Below the pieces are notes generated by a model, which was not told where the DNA came from, did not search any database, and saw only the letters and a program-made list of their open reading frames with translations. From a virus, in the IMG/VR virus record IMGVR_UViG_3300017613_002552, positions 4,943 to 68,942 of that record: DNA of 64,000 nucleotides; one strand, given 5' to 3'. Shown here in pieces: positions 57,241 through 64,000 of this stretch; the stretch's first letter is position 1; every line of letters begins with the position of its first letter. The position numbers and the translations under genes are program-made.

Positions 57241-57988
57241 TTTCGATAGGCTTGTGGCGAGCTTGCCCGATCCAGAAACAGACGAAAAACCACCACCGGT
57301 CATGGCGACCAGTGACGAAGTTGCTCAATCGGCCAGGGACTCTGCCTTTATGTCCGCGCTCCTCGATCCAAAAAACGATTCAGAGGATAGGGTCAAGTAT
57401 GTTTTAACCAAGGCAAAGTTCGGGCGCGGCGGGAAAGAGATTTTCGGAGCAGCGCTGGAGAAAGATGGCGATTGGGAAACCAGTGCGAGCGGTAGAGACT
57501 TTTACAGGAAGCGCACTGCTGATTTTCGTGGTGGCGTGTATATCGATGAGGGCGATGAGCACAGAAGCGCCGTTTTTGTCGAAGTCAAAGGCATTTCGCC
57601 GGACAAGTCCTTTGCCCTGAGTAGGTTGACGAAGCCGCCAAGCAGTAGTGGGCCTAGCCAGTACAAAAAGCTGACAGAGCGCTACCTTGGCGGGGATGTA
57701 GTTTGGCTGGCGCTATGCTGGTGGGATGCAGTGCCCTGGTCAGAGCCAGTTGACCTAAAGCAGAGAACACGCACCATCAAAAAGTGGAGAAGTCCCGATG
57801 TTAAGCTAACAATCACCCTGATCAGATGGGGCGAGTTCACTGAGGAGATCATGCCGAGCTTGAGATACAAATCCATCCGACAGAAAGATAGGCACCTGCT
57901 CGATCATTGTCGAATTTACAAAAAGGGGAGCATGTGGGCATTATGTCCGAACCATTGGTGGCTCGACACTCAGCAGCCAAAGTCGTAG
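57233..57988 (+). CDS. PD-(D/E)XK nuclease, RecU-like resolvase candidate
   Basis: TADFRGG....FVEVKG....SQ. Confidence 0.55.
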   Translation: MDDFDRLVASLPDPETDEKPPPVMATSDEVAQSARDSAFMSALLDPKNDSEDRVKYVLTKAKFGRGGKEIFGAALEKDGDWETSASGRDFYRKRTADFRGGVYIDEGDEHRSAVFVEVKGISPDKSFALSRLTKPPSSSGPSQYKKLTERYLGGDVVWLALCWWDAVPWSEPVDLKQRTRTIKKWRSPDVKLTITLIRWGEFTEEIMPSLRYKSIRQKDRHLLDHCRIYKKGSMWALCPNHWWLDTQQPKS

Positions 57989-58078
57989 ATAGGCAGCAGG
58001 GTGTTTTGCTCAAAGCAGCTAGGCATTCATTAAGGGCAGCAGTTGGCATTTATAAAAAGCTTGGTCATGGGTTGACAA

Positions 58079-58261
58079 GTGTCGAATGCACCCTCAAAGA
58101 AGAATGGGAAAGCTGCCATATCCCAAGTAGTGAGCGGTGATACAGAAGCCTACACAATAAACGTATCGACTTGCTGCGCGATCTACTTGGAAGAAAGGTG
58201 GTGGTGTAAAGAGAATCTGAATTGTTTTTCGCAGAATGCACCGGGGCACAAGGGAGGGTAA
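58079..58261 (+). CDS. small Cys-rich hypothetical protein
   Basis: 60 aa ORF; weak start signals. Confidence 0.35.
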   Translation: MSNAPSKKNGKAAISQVVSGDTEAYTINVSTCCAIYLEERWWCKENLNCFSQNAPGHKGG

Positions 58262-58357
58262 TCCGGTGCAAGGCGCGGGGCGGATGTAAAGAGGTCATAG
58301 AGCCCACGCTGAAACCCCGCGCCGAGCTTTAGATGTATTCGTAGGAGGGGGGGAAGT

Positions 58358-59986
58358 ATGAAGAAGAAATCGAGAAGATACATAGCAATACTTGCAGTCA
58401 TAATCATCGTGCTCATCGTTTCTACCATGATTGCATCCGTTATCCAACAGCAGAGCCCAACAGCAGATTCCATAACAATCAATAGGGTGTTTGTCTCGCC
58501 CCTGTATGACAACGGTGCCTTCTTGCCCAAGGTGACAATTGAACAGGGGCAAGAATGCCCGATCAAGCAGCCAGGCTTTGGCGTGTGTAAACAAAAGGCA
58601 AATTGCGAAGAGCTTTCTGCACTGAATCCGTCTTGGTATGTCAATTCTTTTGGAATACAATTACCATCAGATATGTGTCCTGGGTATATCTATGGGAGCA
58701 CGATGGTTCCATATTTCGCATACCCATTCCAAGTGAGAGATCAGTGGCCTTTACTCACCGAGCCTGAGAAAGAGAATATAGACTACCTTATGTTCTCTAA
58801 TGAATGGGATATAGGAACCTACGGCATTGGTGATTGGAGAGAAGCGGTAGCAGACTATATTCCATTCCTTCAGGAAGCAGTAGCTAATGGCACAATCGTT
58901 GTCGGTCCATTCCCTGCCGAAAAACAGGACTTCTATGGAGATTTTTGGAATGAGGTAGAAAGCCAGAGTGGTTGGTTGCCAGCTTGGAGCCAGGTTAGGG
59001 CCGGGGTACACTGCTATTATGGTCATTCTTGCACTGACAAGTTGTGGGAAGCCTGGGATGAATACAGAGAAATCTTTGACCCGCCGACAAAAAGGGTCAG
59101 TGGAGTATGGGTTCCTCTTCAACCGGTTATATGGCTCGGCGAGTACGGGGCACTTGTATGGGATGAGCAGGGTTTGGAAGAAGCAGTTGAAGAAGATAAG
59201 ATGATGCTGTCCGATGTCTACTATGAAGATAGGCTGGTAGCAATAGTCGAACGAACAGCTTACTATTCTCTGGCTTACAATATCGGATATGAAGCACCGT
59301 GCGTAAGTCGCTTCAGGTGCTTCAAGCCTGCACTTGAGATTCAAAGGGGCTGGCATGAAGAAGTGATAGGGTTCTCTCGAATCGAACCGGTATGGAATAT
59401 GCTATGCGAGGGACCGGTGGAGATTGCGCCAACTCCCTGGCCGACTAATACGCCGTGGTTCAATACTAGGGTTCCCCCGCGACAGGCTGACTACGATGCC
59501 AGCGATGCTGCGGGAGACTTGTCAATTGTATTTTTGTCAGGAATCGTAGGGCTATCTGGGATAATCTTTATGGCGAAAGGAGCCAAAATGAGTAAGAAAA
59601 ACAGACAAAGGGGCATTGCTACAATCGTCCTTGGAGTAATTTTGTTCCTGGCCGCATTCCTCATCTTTTTCTGGGGGCCAGAGGAAGACATTGTGATTGT
59701 GACGCCAACACCAACTTTCACACCGCTTGCACCAAGTCAGACACCGACAAACACGGCAACAGTCGAGCCGACACCCACCAAGACACCGGTTCCCACCAAG
59801 ACAAACACGCCCATGCCAAGCCCCTCGCCGACCGATACGGCCACGCCGAGGCCAACAAAGGCGGTGACGGCAACGGGCACCCCAACAGTGACATCGGAGC
59901 CGACACCTGAATTGTTGCCAGAGACAGGCGGTAATGGCCTGCAAGTACCTGCCCTTGGTGTCATTCCGTTGGGGAAAGCAAGATGA
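58358..59986 (+). CDS. membrane-anchored clan GH-A (GH128-like) glycoside hydrolase with Pro/Thr stalk and LPETG motif
   Basis: N-terminal TM; SWY, MVP, FSNEWD, GVHCY, IWLGEYG, VERTAYY; two more TMs; PT repeats; LPETGG. Confidence 0.7.
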   Translation: MKKKSRRYIAILAVIIIVLIVSTMIASVIQQQSPTADSITINRVFVSPLYDNGAFLPKVTIEQGQECPIKQPGFGVCKQKANCEELSALNPSWYVNSFGIQLPSDMCPGYIYGSTMVPYFAYPFQVRDQWPLLTEPEKENIDYLMFSNEWDIGTYGIGDWREAVADYIPFLQEAVANGTIVVGPFPAEKQDFYGDFWNEVESQSGWLPAWSQVRAGVHCYYGHSCTDKLWEAWDEYREIFDPPTKRVSGVWVPLQPVIWLGEYGALVWDEQGLEEAVEEDKMMLSDVYYEDRLVAIVERTAYYSLAYNIGYEAPCVSRFRCFKPALEIQRGWHEEVIGFSRIEPVWNMLCEGPVEIAPTPWPTNTPWFNTRVPPRQADYDASDAAGDLSIVFLSGIVGLSGIIFMAKGAKMSKKNRQRGIATIVLGVILFLAAFLIFFWGPEEDIVIVTPTPTFTPLAPSQTPTNTATVEPTPTKTPVPTKTNTPMPSPSPTDTATPRPTKAVTATGTPTVTSEPTPELLPETGGNGLQVPALGVIPLGKAR

Positions 59987-60504
59987 ACTCAGTGGTGATT
60001 GGTGCTATTCTAGAAGAACTCAAATTTGCACAAGAGAAATATCCAAACAACGCTGACGAGAGGCTGTACATGGCCCTTGCGGAAGAAGTTGGTGAACTGG
60101 CAACGGCAATGATGGGTGACGGTGGCTCTGTGTATCATGAAGCAAAGCAAGTAGCAACGGTAGCTATCAGAATTATGACCGAGATCAGGCACGGTGATCT
60201 TCCCAGAGAAAAATGCGCCTGCGGCCACGATGCAAACTGGCCGCTTTCAAGTACCAGCTTTGCCCTGACCGGCGAGGCAAAAATCACGCATATATGCCAT
60301 GAGTGCCTTATTGAAAAGCAAGGTGACAAATACAAAGAGTTCATAAGCTGCCCAATCTGCTACACAATGTTTGGTATGCCGCCGACACTTGAAGATTTTT
60401 CAACGATTTTTTACAGCGATGAAGAACGAGAAGTAGATTCGTATGAAATAGAAAAGCTTTATATTGAAAAATTCGGTAATTGGATACCCACAGGCAAACT
60501 CTAA
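59983..60504 (+). CDS. MazG-like NTP pyrophosphohydrolase domain plus Cys-rich tail
   Basis: ALAEEVGELA.A.......EAKQVATVAIR. Confidence 0.65.
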   Translation: MNSVVIGAILEELKFAQEKYPNNADERLYMALAEEVGELATAMMGDGGSVYHEAKQVATVAIRIMTEIRHGDLPREKCACGHDANWPLSSTSFALTGEAKITHICHECLIEKQGDKYKEFISCPICYTMFGMPPTLEDFSTIFYSDEEREVDSYEIEKLYIEKFGNWIPTGKL

Positions 60505-60528
60505 TAGCGAGATGGCCGTGCAAGCATC

Positions 60529-60556
60529 AAGGCCCTGCATTGTGCAGGGCCTTTTC
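60529..60556 (+). terminator. rho-independent terminator
   Basis: AAGGCCCTGCA-ttg-TGCAGGGCCTT followed by T run. Confidence 0.75.
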
Positions 60557-60564
60557 TGTCAAGT

Positions 60565-60592
60565 AAACTTTTTTCGCTACAGGTTGAATAAT
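60565..60592 (+). promoter_or_regulatory. candidate ECF/phage-sigma promoter AAACTT-N14-TGAATAAT (copy 3)
   Basis: 26/31 identical to 4208-4238; directly after a terminator and before GGAGGT SD. Confidence 0.6.
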
Positions 60593-60619
60593 ATAGTGAG
60601 GGTAGATCGGAGGTAAGGA

Positions 60620-60817
60620 ATGTCAATCGTGGTCAATGTCATCATCCAGTGTGACTTCTGCCCTGAAACGATTCAGGGCCACACTGGCCCCAAGTCAAAT
60701 ATAAAAGCAGCAAGAGAGGAGGCGAAGTTTGCCGGATGGAGAAAGAGACGGCGAGGGAATGTGTTTGTCGATGAGTGCCCTGCCTGTGTAAAAACCAAAG
60801 AGGAGGAAGTAGAATGA
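60620..60817 (+). CDS. small zinc-finger protein
   Basis: CDFC...GW...CPAC; GGAGGT SD. Confidence 0.75.
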   Translation: MSIVVNVIIQCDFCPETIQGHTGPKSNIKAAREEAKFAGWRKRRRGNVFVDECPACVKTKEEEVE

Positions 60818-61326
60818 TAAAAACGGACGTGAAAACCTTCGTGTGGAAGCCGCTGTATAGCGGCAAGGCCGATGAGTCCCGATGTAGGCACCGTGTTAGT
60901 GGTCACGGCAGGTATGGATCGCACCAGTGCTCGCGCAAGGCAGTGGAGACCATCCAGGGCTATGGCTTCTGCACTCAGCACGCCGAGAAGGTGAAGGGTG
61001 CCCTTGGAATCGCCAAGTCTTCCAGCGGAGCAATGATCTACATTACAAAATTTAGTCGTGGTCGGGCAAGCCTTGCCTGTGCCAAGCTTGTCAAGGAAAC
61101 ACCAAAGCGCTATACAATATCGATGGAAACAAAGAAGAATATCCTTGGCTCAGTTTTTTGCAGCAGATTCATTGCGAAGGGCAGGGATGCACATACCTCT
61201 CTGGATTCTGCACTGGATTACTTGCAAGAACGGCTTCAGCAATACGCTGACTCCTGTCGGCAAGAACTCGAAACAGCAGAAGAACAATTGTTGAACTTTG
61301 TCGGGGAGAGGGAGAAGATAAAATGA
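60814..61326 (+). CDS. hypothetical protein with C3H zinc finger
   Basis: C...C...CTQH; GAGGAGG SD; ATGA overlap. Confidence 0.7.
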   Translation: MIKTDVKTFVWKPLYSGKADESRCRHRVSGHGRYGSHQCSRKAVETIQGYGFCTQHAEKVKGALGIAKSSSGAMIYITKFSRGRASLACAKLVKETPKRYTISMETKKNILGSVFCSRFIAKGRDAHTSLDSALDYLQERLQQYADSCRQELETAEEQLLNFVGEREKIK

Positions 61327-61763
61327 CCACGCATGTTTTCTTCGGCAACCTTTTCCACAGATGTACGCGCAAGCACCTTGATAGTGTGGCCTCTTCAATT
61401 TTGTTCAACGCAGCCATTTTAACAACAGACGAGCAATGGAGTAAGTTCATCAACATGGTCAACGCTGCTGATGGCACGCTAGAGCAGCGATGTGCAAGTC
61501 TCCATCTTTTTGGCGAGTCGGCCTTAAATCTACTAAAGATCGGCCTTGAAATGCTCACGCCAGAAGAATACAGGGACCTGGAGCGCTGGAGTCTTATCCC
61601 GGTCGAGAATCTTTGCCTTCGGTGTACCTCTTGTAATAACAAAGCCGAAATAGAGTATGAAGAAAGCTTCATATCGCATACCGATCCTGCAAATCCTCTC
61701 ACGACAATAAAGACCTGCGAGAAATGCGAGACAAGAACCAAGCACCGCCTAGACGCTTTGTAG
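61323..61763 (+). CDS. hypothetical zinc-ribbon protein
   Basis: CTSC...CEKC; ATGA overlap. Confidence 0.65.
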   Translation: MTTHVFFGNLFHRCTRKHLDSVASSILFNAAILTTDEQWSKFINMVNAADGTLEQRCASLHLFGESALNLLKIGLEMLTPEEYRDLERWSLIPVENLCLRCTSCNNKAEIEYEESFISHTDPANPLTTIKTCEKCETRTKHRLDAL

Positions 61764-61787
61764 CAAGTCTAATTCTGGACAAGGGAA

Positions 61788-63632
61788 ATGAGCAAAGAAA
61801 TACAAAAGCAGCAAGTAGAACTGAAGACAGTCGATCTCTGCAAATTTAGACCCGGCGATGTGTGTATTGACAGCAATCACGGGTCCTACGTGAAGATCAC
61901 CAATGTCGAAGAAGAGGACGGAAAAGTATTCATAACCTACAAAGAAGTCGATGAATTGAACGACGATGGTACTTTTACCTTATCAGAACGAACAAAGAGA
62001 TATGAAATAGACGACTTTGAGAGGTATGAGCGCCCAATTGTCGTGTCCAGGGGCGTTGACAATGTTGGTGAAGTAGAAAGAATGGCTGTCGAAGCCATGA
62101 AGAATCCAAGCGCTTTTGCCGCTGATGTTGGGGAAGATAAAGAGACCGTGGCACTAACGACAAGAATGGACAAAGATCACCTAGAGACAATGGAGGCAGC
62201 AAGTAGAGCCTCAATGGAGAGGGTGCAGGCAATTCAGGCAGTAATCGAGCGGAATGCCAGGCAGTTAAAAGCAATAGTCAGGAAGTACAAGGACCAGATT
62301 ATCCAAATCAAGAAAGTAATTGGTGTCATTGAATTGTACCTTGGCATTGAAGAAGAAATCCTTCAAATAAGAGATGGCTTTCCTGCCGACATGAACGAGC
62401 CGATCTGCTTTCAGCAAAGAGTACTGTATATGGATGAAGAGGTCGGCGATCCCCGAAGAGGCAAGGGTAGCGCATTCGGCATTGACTTTCAAAGGATCGA
62501 CGACTTTGACGATTGGGTTGTTAAACCCAAAAACCTTCGTGTTGCACTCCCTCACAAAAAGGGCGTAGTCGCCATGAAAGTCTCTCGCCAAAAGAGAATG
62601 TATAGCGAGGACCCGATTGTAAATTCCTTCCTGAATTCAAAAAACAACAGGACCTACCTGTTGATCCGTAATGGCGATAAGGTCTACCGAATTTGGACGA
62701 AGGCGATCATTTCTAACAAGTTATTTCCTGGGCCTACTGAGCTTGAAGACGCTTGGATAAAGGCAGAAGAAAGTGGCTGGAGCCACGATAGAGAGAAAGT
62801 GGGCGATGTAGAGTTCTCGTACAGAAAGAAAGCGATTCTGCTACAGGGCCTAATTGACAGGACAGAGGTCTTTCACCCCATGCCCAGGATGATCGATCTC
62901 TTTGATCAGTCAACGTATGACGAGGGCCTTGTAAAGACCATCTTCGATGCGGAAATCTCTCTCGCTCCACCGGGCCGCATAATGTACTCAGAGTGGAAGA
63001 AGAAAATCAACTCACAGATCGAACGCGGCGGCAGGGTATTGGTCGCAATTCGTTCCTCACGTGAACAAATAGGAAGTGATAGGCGAGATCGCTTCCTTAG
63101 ATACTACTCCAACGAGTTCAATTGCCCAAAAGCGCCAGGTTGGGGCGTGTACAAGGTAGAAAGAATTGAAACAGTCAAGAGGTTGTACTTTAACGATGCA
63201 GAGGGCCTGATAATTCTCTACCAGCCTGGCGGGGAAGTGTACACTGAATGGTATAGGAGTGTCAGGGAGCGCAGAAATAGAGTTTCCTTCATTCTCCGCC
63301 GCAACGACCCCTTTGTCCTGAACTACGATGCAATCTCCCTGGAGGACGTAGAGTGGTTTATCGACTGTCGTTATGAAAGAGAAAAATACCTGGACATGAT
63401 CCCAGTTCTATGGGAGATCAGAGATCGGCGTCTCGCCGAGTTGGAGTGGGAGAAAGATTTCGTCAAGTTGGTTGCAGGAAGAACCGGAGCGGCGGAAGGG
63501 TTGGTTTGGGAAGTTGTCGAGTGGTGGAAGACCAAGAATATCTGGAAGAGGCCCATCATGGAAGATGATGCGAAGGCCCTAAGAATGATTGAGGCAAGAG
63601 TTAGAAGGAGGGCAAAAAAATGCACTTTGTAG
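61788..63632 (+). CDS. large hypothetical phage protein (614 aa)
   Basis: Long ORF with coiled-coil segment; no motif recognised. Confidence 0.8.
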   Translation: MSKEIQKQQVELKTVDLCKFRPGDVCIDSNHGSYVKITNVEEEDGKVFITYKEVDELNDDGTFTLSERTKRYEIDDFERYERPIVVSRGVDNVGEVERMAVEAMKNPSAFAADVGEDKETVALTTRMDKDHLETMEAASRASMERVQAIQAVIERNARQLKAIVRKYKDQIIQIKKVIGVIELYLGIEEEILQIRDGFPADMNEPICFQQRVLYMDEEVGDPRRGKGSAFGIDFQRIDDFDDWVVKPKNLRVALPHKKGVVAMKVSRQKRMYSEDPIVNSFLNSKNNRTYLLIRNGDKVYRIWTKAIISNKLFPGPTELEDAWIKAEESGWSHDREKVGDVEFSYRKKAILLQGLIDRTEVFHPMPRMIDLFDQSTYDEGLVKTIFDAEISLAPPGRIMYSEWKKKINSQIERGGRVLVAIRSSREQIGSDRRDRFLRYYSNEFNCPKAPGWGVYKVERIETVKRLYFNDAEGLIILYQPGGEVYTEWYRSVRERRNRVSFILRRNDPFVLNYDAISLEDVEWFIDCRYEREKYLDMIPVLWEIRDRRLAELEWEKDFVKLVAGRTGAAEGLVWEVVEWWKTKNIWKRPIMEDDAKALRMIEARVRRRAKKCTL

Positions 63633-63805
63633 GTGTTGCAGTCGAATATTCACACAAGAAGGGGGATGAAGAGGCAAGCGTTCGGCTTGAGGCATCCCTT
63701 CAACCTAACGACTACTGTTCAGAGATAGTTACCTCGTTGATGCACCACGCAAAGGGCTACGTCAACGAAACACTGGAGAAGGATGATGAAAGACAGGAGG
63801 CTTGA
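63620..63805 (+). CDS. hypothetical protein
   Basis: AAGGAGG SD. Confidence 0.6.
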   Translation: MHFVGVAVEYSHKKGDEEASVRLEASLQPNDYCSEIVTSLMHHAKGYVNETLEKDDERQEA

Positions 63806-64000
63806 GGTCGGGGACTGGATAGATATATGGGCCAATCAGGGCGAGCGTCCGGCAGAAGTTCTTGGAGTGATTAAGGACAGGGCGCTCATAGAGTACGTGA
63901 TGCCTAACGGCACGTCTTCTTTGCGCTTCATTGCTGCTACAGACCTGGGGGGCGAGGGGGAATATGTCTCGCAGCCCTATGCCACACTTGCCAGGAGATG
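63783..64000 (+). CDS. partial hypothetical protein running off the window end
   Basis: GGAG SD; MMKDRRLEVGDWIDIW... open to 64000. Confidence 0.55.
   Translation, partial: MMKDRRLEVGDWIDIWANQGERPAEVLGVIKDRALIEYVMPNGTSSLRFIAATDLGGEGEYVSQPYATLARR

Noticed and set aside
58250-58325. Cobalamin riboswitch or hammerhead ribozyme
   Set aside because: TCCGGTGCAA and GAAA resemble fragments only; B12 box and CUGAUGA core are absent
1-64000. Integrase, att site or tRNA indicating a prophage
   Set aside because: None recognised; lifestyle cannot be determined from this window

Overview
The whole window is part of a tailed dsDNA bacteriophage genome (siphovirus-like, long tape measure), with no integrase, tRNA or CRISPR visible. 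Layout: a + strand recombination/replication arm (1-10.8 kb: SbcD, Dam-like methylase, ECF-sigma-like protein, sliding-clamp-like protein, DUF932, SbcC, LexA-like HTH); a - strand morphogenesis arm (46.1 kb down to 10.7 kb: terminases, portal, head-fibre module, membrane proteins, GT4, Mu-type protease/scaffold, capsid, neck, tail); and a second + strand arm (46.2-64 kb: sugar-modification cluster, initiator with iterons, DnaB, primase, TSCPD, resolvase, membrane glycoside hydrolase with LPETG). Most notable: (1) the portal is a 1381-aa polyprotein with three cargo modules (two paralogous metallopeptidases and a membrane J-domain), each introduced by an NP(Y/H)HDxxGRF tag; (2) two ~70-nt promoter-plus-terminator units look like phage sRNAs, one complementary to the start regions of five phage genes and the other a tandem anti-Shine-Dalgarno; (3) a glycosyl/methyltransferase system split between the head module and a separate cluster; (4) a circularly permuted Mu-like prohead protease; (5) an in-frame TAG in the head-tail adaptor gene; (6) a thrice-repeated ECF-like promoter motif. 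All functional calls come from motifs read by eye; no database search was run.
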